A DNA stretch of 61,944 nt, counting the filler, from an uncultured Methanosarcinales archaeon (GTDB lineage Archaea > Nanobdellota > Nanobdellia > Woesearchaeales > CAYVYK01), in the NCBI GenBank assembly GCA_964455675.1. It is 2 parts of 2 records of this genome, joined end to end, with 100 filler letters (N's around TTAATTAATTAA, not from the genome) between each part and the next. Parts side by side here need not be neighbours in the genome. Positions count along the whole stretch, not along the records: positions 1 to 31,157 come from CAYVYK010000018.1; 1 more part is not named here. One strand, 5' to 3'. Each line of letters opens with the position of its first letter. The first letter of the stretch is position 1. Positions 1-11,600 of this stretch are shown one piece after another. Below the pieces are notes generated by a model, which was given only the letters and a program-made list of their open reading frames with translations, searched no databases and was not told the DNA's origin. A program made the position numbers and the translations under genes.

Positions 1-1
1 G

Positions 2-3000
2 GTGCTGATGCACTTCAACAATGACACGGACTTTGGAGAAAACTCAAGCGTGGTGCATGACTTCTCAGGAAATGGAAACGATGGCACCACTGCTGCGGGC
101 ATGTGGATGAATTACACCGATCCCGTTACCGAAACATTCAACGGAAGCATGTTCTTCAAATCAAGCAATACGGGAATCAGCATTGCAGACTCAGCAACAA
201 CGGAATTCCTTAACTCCGGAAGCCACACGTGGTCGATCTGGGCAAGGCCCACAGAATATGGAGATGTACTTGGAGGACTGATCTATAAGAGCGATGATAA
301 CGGAGGATATTCGATCTATATCGATGTTGCTGGTACAATCGTCATCGACGCTATAAAAGGCGAATCGTATTACAAAGCACCAGGTTCTATTCCACTCGAC
401 ATATGGACTCATATCGTGATCAACCAGTCAAATGACAATATCACCGTCTACATCAATGGTGAAGAGAGAGGAAATGGCTGGGCCACGTTTGTTAGTGAAG
501 ACAGAGAACCGATCTATATTGGATATGCATATGATTATCTCAGTGTTGCGCAAAGACCTTTCCGTGGAAACCTCGACGAATACGCGTACTATGACAGAAC
601 GCTCACGGAAGCAGAGATCAAGCAACTGTTCTGGAATGGTATCGCGAAGAAAGGATACATCGCACGGCAAAACGTCACCGCATACACGCAAACCGCAACA
701 ACAACGTTTGTGACACAGAACAACTACACGTTCAACGGAAGCCTTGCGAACCACAACGTCGGAACAGAACTCGTCAACGTAAGCGGAAACAAGGTAGACC
801 AGAACTCCAAGACGGTCACGCTCGAACTCATCCCCGACATATGCAGCGGAACGGACCCCCCAGCGAGCGGCAACTGGATCATCAGCTCGGACACGAGCTG
901 TGCGGACAGAACAATCACCGTGAACGGAGACACGATCGTCCTTGCAGGAAAAGACCTCAACCTGACGAACGTCACACTTGTGCAGAACGGACAGTTCAAG
1001 AGCGAACGAGGAAGCACGGTGAAGTTCACGAAACGAAAAGCAGCAATCGTGCTCAATTCGCACACTGGAACGTGCACCGCCCACGTCTGCGCGCCACTTG
1101 GACTTGCGTGCACGAGCGTCGGACTCAATGCTGCAGTAAATGATGGATACTACTGGACCTTTAATAATCCAACCTGCGAACAAGCATCCGGAGCGACATG
1201 CAACAGCCTGTTTATGGCAAGCGGAGGATCCTGCAGCGGCTACTCCGCAGACTGGACGTGGTGCCTGTGCGAGCCATCAGGAACACAGCCAATCCAAACA
1301 CTCTGGATGAACGGAAACCTCACGATCGGAGGAGCGTTCGAGCTTGGAGGGCAGAAACTGCGGGTGAACAGCACGTACAACGGACAGTACGGCATTGTGG
1401 TGAATGGAACAGGAAACATGAGCATCAACACGGGAGCGAATATCACAAGCGGGACTAAGGCTGGCGTGCGGAACATGACATTCATCGTGAAACCCGGAAG
1501 CAACTTCACGATGAAAGACAGCTACCTCTCGCATGTCGGAATGGCGGTAACAGTGAAGTACAACGGACTTGTGATCAACACCAGTCGCGCGATCATCAAG
1601 AACACCACGATCACGGACTGCAGACGAGGCATCCAGCTGGAGAAGATGTCAAACTACAGCCTCATCGATGGAAACACCATATCCAACTTCCCAACCACAG
1701 GCATCAGGATCCTTAACAGCGGATACCACACGATCCAGAACAACAACATCACAAGCACGCAGACAGGAACGAGCGTCAATCCGATCGCGGTCGCATCGGG
1801 AACGTCAAACCTCATGATCAGCAGAAACAGCATAACGAAGAGATCAGCGAGCGGAGTAACAATATTCTCTTTCACTGACGAAACAAACAGGAACATCACC
1901 ATTCAGTACAACAATGTGACCGCAAACTCTACCGGAACAACTGGAGACACGCTCATCAATCTCCGGGGAAGCTTACACACGATCCAGCACAACAAACTCA
2001 GCCTCAAGTCCGCCGGAACTGGAGTGATCACGACCGCGAGCAGTACGTATGACCCAACAATCCAGAACAACAGCATCACGTTCCTACCCGATTATGACTC
2101 ACAAATTGCCGTAAGTGTAGAAGAATCACCAAGAGCCCAGATACTCTATAACAACATTACCATGAGATCCGATGGCGGAATAGCGATCTATTTCTGGGGC
2201 AGTAACACAACCATTCACGGAAACAACATCAGCATGCCAACCCGCGCTGACGGCATAATTTTTGATACCACAAATGGAGTTAATGCAACAATCACAAACA
2301 ACATTATTTCCAACACCGCTGAGGCCATGCTCATTTCCGGAAGCATGGCACTCATCAAAGGAAACATCCTCAGCAACTGCTCAAATAGCCAGTACGGCTG
2401 CATCTATGTTAATTGCCTCGAATCAGGAAACCACACGATCATCCAAAACACGATCCAAAACGGAACACTTGCCATGCTGATCGATGGGAGCGCATGCGAT
2501 GAACGCATCAACATCAGCCACAACAGGATCAGCAAGACAGGAAACGGCACACGGATCCAATACGCACGGCAAGTCACATATTACAACAACACACACACGA
2601 TGGTTGGCGACAACAACAACACCGCATATAATGTGATGGTCGTGCAGTCACGCAATATCACGATCGAACGCAACACCATGAACGACTTCATCCACCATAA
2701 GGAATGGAATTGCGGTCCGTGCCCTGGAAAATATGGCATCCACACAACAAGCGTGCCAAACCTCACGATTAGAAACAACACGATCAAGGAATTCCAAGGA
2801 GTAGGAACATTATTACCGAACGATCCCGGTGCTGTACACGCCATTCACGTCTCCAACACGAGCACTGGACGCATCAGCACGAACTGGATCCACAACATCA
2901 CGACGGGCCAAGGAGAAACTCCGGACAACCACGGCATCTGGATCGAGAACAGCCAGCTCGTCACGATTGACGCAAACCGCATCAATCACACGAACGCAGG

Positions 3001-6000
3001 AGTCTATACTATTACAAGCACCAAGAATATCACGATCCGCAACAACATCCTCAAGAACCACAGCTACGGAGTCTTCGCTTCCCTCAATACTACAGCACTA
3101 CGAAACAATACCCTTATTGGGAACGCAGAAGGCATCCATATATCTGGACGCGGGAATGCGATTGCGAATAACAGCATTCTTAACACGTATGGTACGGGAA
3201 TCTATCTCCTCTACGCAAACAAGACAACTGTTGCAGACAACCTCATCAGCAACTGCTTCACGTACAACTGTGTCTATCTTGAAGGATCATCACGCAACTA
3301 CTTCTATACCACAAATATCACCCCAACGTCCCAGTACGGCGTCGGGTTCTCCAATTCACACAACAATATATTCGCAGGGCTCTCCATCAATGGAAGCGAT
3401 GATGCCAGTATCAACAGCGCCTCCAGCCGCAATAACACGTTCATCAACGCGAGCTACAAAAACGCAACCGTGTCCGCCGGGGCAATCCCGAACTACCTCT
3501 ACCGCGCATGGCATGTGCAGGTTAACGCTAGCAACGGAACAGAAGGCATTGGGGGAGTGAATGTCACATGGTACAACAGGACAGATTCGCAGATCAACGG
3601 ATGGGCGATGACGAGCGGAGGAGAGATCGAGCCGACACGCGACAACTACGACTCTGGACTCGTGCTGCTTTACCACATGAACAACGATTCGACGTACGGA
3701 GAGAGCAATTCACTCGTATATGATTTCTCGGGACAGGGGAATGACGGGGTTCCGGCAGGAAGCGCGCGGGTTGCATACGGACTACAGTCGCACAACAGCT
3801 TCAACGGATCATATGCATTCAATGCCGAGTCTGATGGAATCACTGCCGCAGATGCAAATACCCTCGACTTCCAGGATGATGGCAGCTACACTTGGTCCGC
3901 GTGGATATACCCACAGTACTACGGAACGTTCATCGGGTTCATCTTCCAGAAATGCTCCGCGACAGGAGGATACCAGATCAGACTAGACTCAACGGGGGAC
4001 CTCATGGTCGGTAACTGCACCATGGGAACAAGTGACTCATCAACCAGAGTACCAACGAATACTTGGTCACATATCGTCGTTAATTACACGAATGAATGGA
4101 ACGGTATGTACCTCAATGGTGAATACCTAGGTGAAGGATTCATCGAGATGGGAGACGACACCACAACAGCTGTCACTGTTGGCAGAGGCAATCCCTACAT
4201 GCTAGAGCCAGGTAGCTTTGGAGGATATATCGACGAAGCGGCCATATGGAACAGAAGCCTTTCGGAAAGCGAGATCAAGCAGCTGTATTACGACGGGCTC
4301 GCAAAGCGAGGCCATATTCCGCCACAAAACATCACGCAGTACAAGCAGACCGCCACCGTAATGTTCACTAATTACAACAACTACACATTCAACGGAAGCA
4401 GGAGCGGCTTTAACGCGGACGGCGAGCTACGAAACGTCACGGACAACCTCTTTGACGGGGAGCACACCACCGTTCCATTGATCATGACACCAGACATCTG
4501 CGATGGAGTCGATCCACCAGCAAACGGAAACTGGATCATCAACGCGAACACGTACTGCCAAAACTTCACGCGCGCGATCAACGGACACGTGTATGTGCTG
4601 TCTGGCTACTACCTGAACCTATCGAATGTAACACTCACGGTGAACGGCAACCTCTCGGTTGAGGATGATGGAATCCTCACGACAGGCCACTGCCCAAGCA
4701 TCATGATGAACGGGCACGTCCACGTCGGAGGAAAAGCGTACTGGAACTGCCTCAAGCTCCGTATGAACAACAGCTTTGCAAATGAATTTTACTGGGAAGT
4801 CAACGCAACAGGAAACCTCACGGTGTACAACAGGAGCAATATAACTTCGGGAGACTATAATGGAAAGAAAAACATCACCGGATACGCACAGGCTCTGAGC
4901 AACTTCAGCATGAGGGACAGTTACATGAGCAACGGAGGGAGCATATCATCATATATAATCAACCTGTACGCGAACAACAGCTGGATGAAGAACGTCACGT
5001 TCACATCGTTTTACCAGGGCATTTATATCAACACCGCGGAACGCGTAACCGTTGAGCGGTGCACCCTGTACGACACACCATTCAATTCCATCAGCATGAG
5101 CGGACGATACCACACGGTCAGAAACAACACGATGAAAAGCATCATCAACTCAGCCGATGATACCAGCATCACCTACAACAACATCACACGTAGCACAAGT
5201 GACGGAGCAATCACAACAGCGATTGCACGCAACGTCACGATCAACCATAACACAATAACCAGCAATCTTTTCGCAATCTACCAGTACGGCCTTGGAAAAA
5301 ACGCAACAGTCACCCACAATACCATCACTGCAACCAACGTAACATACCCAGCAGTCTACATAATATCAGGAGCAAACGAAATCATACAACACAACAGCAT
5401 CACATCCAGCGGCGACGCAATCCAGGTCGAGTCAGTAGGAGCATTCGAGATCACAAACAACACACTGGACGTCTCAAACAAAGGATACGGAATCAGAAGC
5501 AGCTCGACCACGAATGCGACCAACAACAGAATCAACGACTGCGGAGGAGGAATCAGAGTAGGAAGCACAGCTCACGCGTATATCTACAACAACACAATCA
5601 ACAACTGCACAAACAGCAGCCTGCACGGAATACGGCTCGACAAGGCAAACTTCGCGGTTGTCAGGCTCAATGTCATCAACGACACTGACGGCATTGGCCT
5701 ACGCATCAACCAAAGCAATCACACGAGCACGCAGAACAACACGATCACGCGCAACATCAAAGGAGCGTACATTGTCGACACGCGAAACACGACGATCAGC
5801 GGAAACACTATCCGACTCAATTCGAACAACGCGCTCATCGGGTATGAACTCAATGTCACACGGGGAAAGAATGTCACGATCTTTAGGAACAATCTTTCCC
5901 AGAGCGACTACAGCGGATACAGCTGTTCAGACGAGAGCTGGTTCTGCGATGAGAAAATAGGAATCTCTGTCGGCTACTCAACAAATGTTAGTATCTCGCA

Positions 6001-8680
6001 CAACACGCTCCACAAGTATAGAGGCATCACAAACACGGAGGGACCTGGAGGGATCACAACAGCGATATCGCTCTCGGCAGTAAACAGGAGCATCATCCAC
6101 CACAACAGCATCATGAATATCACCTCACGGCCAGGAGGCAGCAGCCCATACATCGGTTACGGAATAACACTCACTGCGTCATTCAACAACAGCATCCACT
6201 CAAACAATGTGAGCACGCACCTGTACCCATGCCCCGGATCCGTCTGCTCAGGAGCTGGGATTAGCAGTTCTGGATACTATAATGAATTCCTAGAGAATAA
6301 CCTCACGAGAAACCAGATTGCGCTCACGGTCAGCGACACGAACGCGACCATCAGCGACAACACCTGCCTGCTCAACTTTCGCGGAATCTCAGGAGGAGGA
6401 ACAGGAACCAACATTGATGGCAACAGGATCACAAATAGCGAAATCGGGATCTATATCACAGGAAACAGCAACCTCATCACGAACAACACGATCCAGAACT
6501 CAACATCAACAGCGGGATTCTTCATTTCCGGCAGCAGAAACAGAGTATACGACACACACATCAACTGGAGCTCCTATGGAATCTACCTCACTACAGGCGA
6601 CAATAACACCATCGTCGACAGCCAAGTGAACAACAGCGACAAGGAAAGCGTACGAGCGATGGGCGGATCGATCAACAACACGTTCATCAACGTCACGTAC
6701 AAGAACGACTCCATCCTCACTGGAGGAGCACTCACGCGCGTGTGGAACGTGGACATCAACGCGAGCAACCGCACAATCGGCCTCGGAAGAGTGAATGTTA
6801 CGTGGTACAATGCTACGGACGACCAAATCTTGGGATGGGCACTTACGAGCGAAGGGGAAATTGATCCGGATGAAGGGAACTGGGGCACGGATCTCATGAT
6901 GCTTTTCCACCTGAACAATGATAGCAGATATGGAGAAAGAAACAACAGAGTGTATGACTTCTCGGGGAACGGGAATAATGGAACGCCAGCAGGAGCGGAC
7001 CCTCTGAAGATAAATCCCGTAACTACAACCTTGAACGGGAGCTACCTCTTCGAAAAAGACTCCGATCTGATCGCCATCGGAAACGGTGGGAACAACAAGT
7101 ACACCAGCTCAGACGCACAAACCTGGACCATGTGGATTCGGCCAAAAACACACGGCAGCGATCAAGGAGGACTTCTCGCAAAATGCGAACCATTCAGCGG
7201 AGGATTCTCCATCCGCCTCAGTGATGAAGGAAAAATCACGTATGACAACTGCCTAGAGGAAATGATTTACGGAGCGACGATCGAGCTCCTTACGTGGACA
7301 CATATAGCAGTGAACAAAACGGATGGGGCGGTACGCATCTACGTCAACGGAGAGGTATCTGCCACCGGCTCTCTCACCCAGGATGAGGATTCAAACTCAC
7401 CCGACGTAACCATTGGTACGGCAGTTGACAGCGAAGGCCCGGCATACGTTGTATACGACGGACAGATCGATGAAGTCGCGTGGTGGAATAGAACGCTCAC
7501 GGAAGCGGAGATCAAACAACTGTACCTGAACGGCCGTGCCAACCGAGGGTACACTCTGCGACAGAACATCACGGCGTACAGAAGAGGACCAACATTTGTG
7601 GACTACAATAACTACACATTCAACGGAAGCAGGAGCGGATTCGTCGCGGGGAACGAATACCGCAACATCACGGGCAACATGCTCGACGAGGAGTCAAACA
7701 CCGTGCCACTTGAACTGCGCGCACGAGCGCACGCGCCAGTCAATCCAAAAGCATTCGTGAAAAACAGGACACACCTGGTGATCAATTGGACCCACGGACT
7801 CAATGGATATGACTATGAGGTATTTGAGTACGTCAACTACACGAATGTAAATAACAACATTGGAAAATCAAGCGGAACGGTCGTCGGAACAAGTATCACG
7901 ATCGGAAACATCACGAGCCAGCCGCGAAAGTACTATCGAGTCGCGGCCAAAACATACGAGGCAAAAAATTACAGCACGAAAGTCCTTGGAAAACAAATGT
8001 ACACACTCACAAGAGAAACTGCAGGGACGACGTACAACTGGATATCACTCCCCTTCAACAGCACGAACTTCACGTACGCAAAGAACATCCTCTACCGGAT
8101 GCCGCTGAACATCACCCAGATAGAGTTTTACAACAGCACCGACCAGAACTGGACGTACTGCAACCGGTTCCTCTGCCCGGATTCCTGTGACAATGGGGGA
8201 GCTAGCGGCGCTTGCAACTTCAGGCTACAGCCGGGCCTTGCGCTCCAGGTCACACTGAACGACACAAGCACAGAAGCGTTCAATTACACATTCGCGGGAG
8301 AAGTGAAGGAAGCACTCACGATCACAACGAACCGTGTGGATGGAGACACGGGACGAAACCTCCTTGACGCGCTCAACCCAAGCGCGAGCATCTGCACCGA
8401 CGAGATATGGGGGCCAGGATACTTCGAGAAAGTCCCATTCCCAGACCTGTACACCTTCCAGATGGACGAATTGTACTGCTCCACGGGAGGGGCCATCGAT
8501 GCGGCAAGCACATTCAACGCGGCAACGCAGGAAGCACAGTTCTGCATCGATCTGTGGGGGTTCCTGTTCTGCGAACCTGAAACATTCACCATCGATGCAC
8601 GCGAGGGAGCAGAATTCTCTTACACAACAGACGGAAAGACGTACTGCCAAGCAAAGATCGGAGAAAACCCATGTCCATAA
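2..8680 (+). CDS. Giant surface glycoprotein/adhesin (>2892 aa, 5' truncated): 3 LamG-like domains, 2 long right-handed beta-helix (PbH1/NosD-like) regions, Cys-rich C-terminus
   Basis: LamG signatures (TWSxWIxP...WTHIVxN...YxNG...FxGxIDExAxWNRxLSExEIKQL) at about 2-640, 3655-4300 and 6890-7540. Many 'IxNNTI' beta-helix repeats and dense N-x-S/T sequons. The ORF is open at the window edge. Confidence 0.85.
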   Translation: MLMHFNNDTDFGENSSVVHDFSGNGNDGTTAAGMWMNYTDPVTETFNGSMFFKSSNTGISIADSATTEFLNSGSHTWSIWARPTEYGDVLGGLIYKSDDNGGYSIYIDVAGTIVIDAIKGESYYKAPGSIPLDIWTHIVINQSNDNITVYINGEERGNGWATFVSEDREPIYIGYAYDYLSVAQRPFRGNLDEYAYYDRTLTEAEIKQLFWNGIAKKGYIARQNVTAYTQTATTTFVTQNNYTFNGSLANHNVGTELVNVSGNKVDQNSKTVTLELIPDICSGTDPPASGNWIISSDTSCADRTITVNGDTIVLAGKDLNLTNVTLVQNGQFKSERGSTVKFTKRKAAIVLNSHTGTCTAHVCAPLGLACTSVGLNAAVNDGYYWTFNNPTCEQASGATCNSLFMASGGSCSGYSADWTWCLCEPSGTQPIQTLWMNGNLTIGGAFELGGQKLRVNSTYNGQYGIVVNGTGNMSINTGANITSGTKAGVRNMTFIVKPGSNFTMKDSYLSHVGMAVTVKYNGLVINTSRAIIKNTTITDCRRGIQLEKMSNYSLIDGNTISNFPTTGIRILNSGYHTIQNNNITSTQTGTSVNPIAVASGTSNLMISRNSITKRSASGVTIFSFTDETNRNITIQYNNVTANSTGTTGDTLINLRGSLHTIQHNKLSLKSAGTGVITTASSTYDPTIQNNSITFLPDYDSQIAVSVEESPRAQILYNNITMRSDGGIAIYFWGSNTTIHGNNISMPTRADGIIFDTTNGVNATITNNIISNTAEAMLISGSMALIKGNILSNCSNSQYGCIYVNCLESGNHTIIQNTIQNGTLAMLIDGSACDERINISHNRISKTGNGTRIQYARQVTYYNNTHTMVGDNNNTAYNVMVVQSRNITIERNTMNDFIHHKEWNCGPCPGKYGIHTTSVPNLTIRNNTIKEFQGVGTLLPNDPGAVHAIHVSNTSTGRISTNWIHNITTGQGETPDNHGIWIENSQLVTIDANRINHTNAGVYTITSTKNITIRNNILKNHSYGVFASLNTTALRNNTLIGNAEGIHISGRGNAIANNSILNTYGTGIYLLYANKTTVADNLISNCFTYNCVYLEGSSRNYFYTTNITPTSQYGVGFSNSHNNIFAGLSINGSDDASINSASSRNNTFINASYKNATVSAGAIPNYLYRAWHVQVNASNGTEGIGGVNVTWYNRTDSQINGWAMTSGGEIEPTRDNYDSGLVLLYHMNNDSTYGESNSLVYDFSGQGNDGVPAGSARVAYGLQSHNSFNGSYAFNAESDGITAADANTLDFQDDGSYTWSAWIYPQYYGTFIGFIFQKCSATGGYQIRLDSTGDLMVGNCTMGTSDSSTRVPTNTWSHIVVNYTNEWNGMYLNGEYLGEGFIEMGDDTTTAVTVGRGNPYMLEPGSFGGYIDEAAIWNRSLSESEIKQLYYDGLAKRGHIPPQNITQYKQTATVMFTNYNNYTFNGSRSGFNADGELRNVTDNLFDGEHTTVPLIMTPDICDGVDPPANGNWIINANTYCQNFTRAINGHVYVLSGYYLNLSNVTLTVNGNLSVEDDGILTTGHCPSIMMNGHVHVGGKAYWNCLKLRMNNSFANEFYWEVNATGNLTVYNRSNITSGDYNGKKNITGYAQALSNFSMRDSYMSNGGSISSYIINLYANNSWMKNVTFTSFYQGIYINTAERVTVERCTLYDTPFNSISMSGRYHTVRNNTMKSIINSADDTSITYNNITRSTSDGAITTAIARNVTINHNTITSNLFAIYQYGLGKNATVTHNTITATNVTYPAVYIISGANEIIQHNSITSSGDAIQVESVGAFEITNNTLDVSNKGYGIRSSSTTNATNNRINDCGGGIRVGSTAHAYIYNNTINNCTNSSLHGIRLDKANFAVVRLNVINDTDGIGLRINQSNHTSTQNNTITRNIKGAYIVDTRNTTISGNTIRLNSNNALIGYELNVTRGKNVTIFRNNLSQSDYSGYSCSDESWFCDEKIGISVGYSTNVSISHNTLHKYRGITNTEGPGGITTAISLSAVNRSIIHHNSIMNITSRPGGSSPYIGYGITLTASFNNSIHSNNVSTHLYPCPGSVCSGAGISSSGYYNEFLENNLTRNQIALTVSDTNATISDNTCLLNFRGISGGGTGTNIDGNRITNSEIGIYITGNSNLITNNTIQNSTSTAGFFISGSRNRVYDTHINWSSYGIYLTTGDNNTIVDSQVNNSDKESVRAMGGSINNTFINVTYKNDSILTGGALTRVWNVDINASNRTIGLGRVNVTWYNATDDQILGWALTSEGEIDPDEGNWGTDLMMLFHLNNDSRYGERNNRVYDFSGNGNNGTPAGADPLKINPVTTTLNGSYLFEKDSDLIAIGNGGNNKYTSSDAQTWTMWIRPKTHGSDQGGLLAKCEPFSGGFSIRLSDEGKITYDNCLEEMIYGATIELLTWTHIAVNKTDGAVRIYVNGEVSATGSLTQDEDSNSPDVTIGTAVDSEGPAYVVYDGQIDEVAWWNRTLTEAEIKQLYLNGRANRGYTLRQNITAYRRGPTFVDYNNYTFNGSRSGFVAGNEYRNITGNMLDEESNTVPLELRARAHAPVNPKAFVKNRTHLVINWTHGLNGYDYEVFEYVNYTNVNNNIGKSSGTVVGTSITIGNITSQPRKYYRVAAKTYEAKNYSTKVLGKQMYTLTRETAGTTYNWISLPFNSTNFTYAKNILYRMPLNITQIEFYNSTDQNWTYCNRFLCPDSCDNGGASGACNFRLQPGLALQVTLNDTSTEAFNYTFAGEVKEALTITTNRVDGDTGRNLLDALNPSASICTDEIWGPGYFEKVPFPDLYTFQMDELYCSTGGAIDAASTFNAATQEAQFCIDLWGFLFCEPETFTIDAREGAEFSYTTDGKTYCQAKIGENPCP

Positions 8681-11600
8681 AGCAGATAGATACCATGCTG
8701 GTCATCTTCCTACTCTGCATACTCTTTTCAGTTGGCGCCTTCGCGTCCCACCCCATCTGCGGACTCGTGAACAATGCGGACGACTCCACAAGCCCGCTTG
8801 GCCTCGGCGTTGTCCTATACTATCCCGCAACACCAACAACAACCACAGGATGCACGGTCGTTGATGACGAAGGAAACAACAAGTACTGCTGCGACCTTGA
8901 AGTGCTGAACCCTACATGGAACATCGGGGATGTGGTCCATACAGAAATATACGCAACGGCAGAATTGTACTTCGCAGGCCCGGTCGCTACGACAACAACA
9001 GGAGGAGGATTCGATACCGCGCCAGTCATGCAGCTCAAAACAGGCATCAACCTCTCCGTACCGCAGAACGGAGAACTCTTCATAACAGACAGCATCCCCA
9101 TCAATGTCAGCACGAGCCAGCCGTACAACAACACGCTCTGGTACTACTGCAATTCAACCGGCGTCAATACAACGCTATGCACAAACTGCAAAAACGCAAC
9201 GACACTCATAACAAACCGAGATGACGGAGACCACCTCATCACTGTATACGCAAACGACAGCCTTGGCCACCAGATCACAAGAAGCGCAATCGCAGTCATT
9301 GATGCAGACAACGATCCACTCAGCATCACCGATTACGGACCAGACAATCTTACACCAGAAATCACCGAGATAGAACAGCAGGTGTTTACCATCACGGCTG
9401 CTGATCCCAACAACTACTCCGTCATCACGACCTTTTGGTACAAGAACGGCACACTCATCGATGCCGCGACGAACAGCAGCACGTACACATTCATCGGAAG
9501 ACTCCATGGCGAAGATGCCGCCAGAGTCTACAACATCACTGTCGAGGTCACCGATGGCGAGTTCTTCGACACACAGTCGTGGACCCTCAATGTCACAAAC
9601 TACAACACAGAACCCACGACATCGCTCGTCAAGATCAACAGCACGCTCAACCTGAACAGGACAAACGAGACACTAAGGTGCTACGCGCAAGCATTCGACA
9701 TGGAAGATCCTCTGCTCAGCGTGATCTACGAGTGGTATCGCGACGGAGACCTTGGAGGAGAGGGGGCATACAGCAGTATTACAAACAACAGCCTTACGTA
9801 CATGAGCAGCATCCTACCAGGCAGCACCACGAAAGGAGACAAGTGGATGTGCCGCGTCATCTACTACGACGGAACTGTAAACCAAAGCGCATGGAGCAGC
9901 GCGAATATGACAATTCGGGATACGCCGCCAGTCATCATCCGCACGGTCCCCGCAGCGAGCGACGTGTACGTTGACGAGCCAAACGGACAAACATTCAACA
10001 TCAGCATCAGGGATCGGGATAGCGACGTCATCCAAGTCACATGGAAGAGAGATGCAACAGTCACATCGCAAAAGAATATCACCTCGGCGGGGTATGCAAA
10101 CCAAAACTCCACATTCCAGGGCGGATACAGCACTAGCGGAACATACACGATTATGGCAATAATCTCGGATGGAGAGTACAACGCAACACACTCATGGACA
10201 CTCCATGTATTCAACACGAACAAAGCACCAACGATCAACAAAACAAACATCACCTCAACAGACGCAAAGAACAGAACGAACGGGACGATCACGATGCACT
10301 ACACGTACAACGATCCCGACGGAGATGCACAAACACTTTCTGAGATAATTTGGTACAAGAATGGGGTCATCAACAGCACATGGACAAACGCAAGCAGCAT
10401 CGCGTCGACAAATTTCAGCAAAGCGGACATATTCATCGCACAGATCAGAGGAAGGGATGGCAGCAACTGGAGCAACTGGACAAACACGAGTGCTTTTACG
10501 ATCACGAACGCAGAACCAACAATCACAGGACTACAACCACCACAAAACTCCTATAAAGGCATCGCCTTCAGTTTCAACTTCACTGCGGCAGATATCGATG
10601 GCATCACCGACATCGACCATTGCATCCTTGCCATAAACAACGGAAGCTACGTGAACAGAACCAACTACACAACAGTCACGGGATCACACGGACTTGTCTG
10701 GACAGTACCTGAAAATTACAACGCAACACTCACGTGGAACGTGAGCTGCAAGGATGATGGAAATACTGTTTCTACAACTGACAACAGGATCGTCCACGTT
10801 ACAAACATAGTACCGGTGATCTCCTACCTCTTCCCACTCCCAGACAATAGCACCATCATCAGGGACAGCAACGGCACCCTATCACTTGCCGTGCAAGCAC
10901 AGGGAGAAGGAATCTTCTACATGAATGTCAGCATATGGAATGCAAGCGGAATTGTGTACACGAACAGCACGCATTTCTCCTTCACCGACGTCCACACCTT
11001 CGCACCAAACATCCCGATCAGCACCTGGAAAAGCATGAACTACACGATCACAGCGTATACAGAGAATGGAGGGAACTACAGCGCGCAGCAGGACATCACA
11101 TTCATGATCAACACGATGCCAATCGTGCAGACTGTGACACTAACGCCGACCACTGCATACGCTAATGCAACGCTCATCTGCAACGTTACAAACGCAACAG
11201 ATGTAGAACTCAACTCACTCACTGTCCACTACACTTGGCTAAAAAACCGCAACCCAAGCATCATCGAAGAAAAAGAGTATGGCAGATCAAGCAGCTATGA
11301 CTGCATACTTCGAGAGTGCGCGAAGAGCGACAACATCACATGCAGAGTCACAGCGGACGACGGAACAGAGGAAGGAGCAGCAGCGGAACTCACAAAAATC
11401 ACCGCTAACTACCCACCAAACGTGAACTGGACTGACCTCATCAGCCTCGATCCATCGAACAGAAGCAACGCAAGCCTTTCACTCTATTATACCAGCTATG
11501 ACCTGGATGGGGACGCAGAAGTTGAAGCGCGCATCTTCTGGTACGAAAACGGCACGATCGTTACGGCACTCACGAACGAAACATACGTCACACGAGAGTA

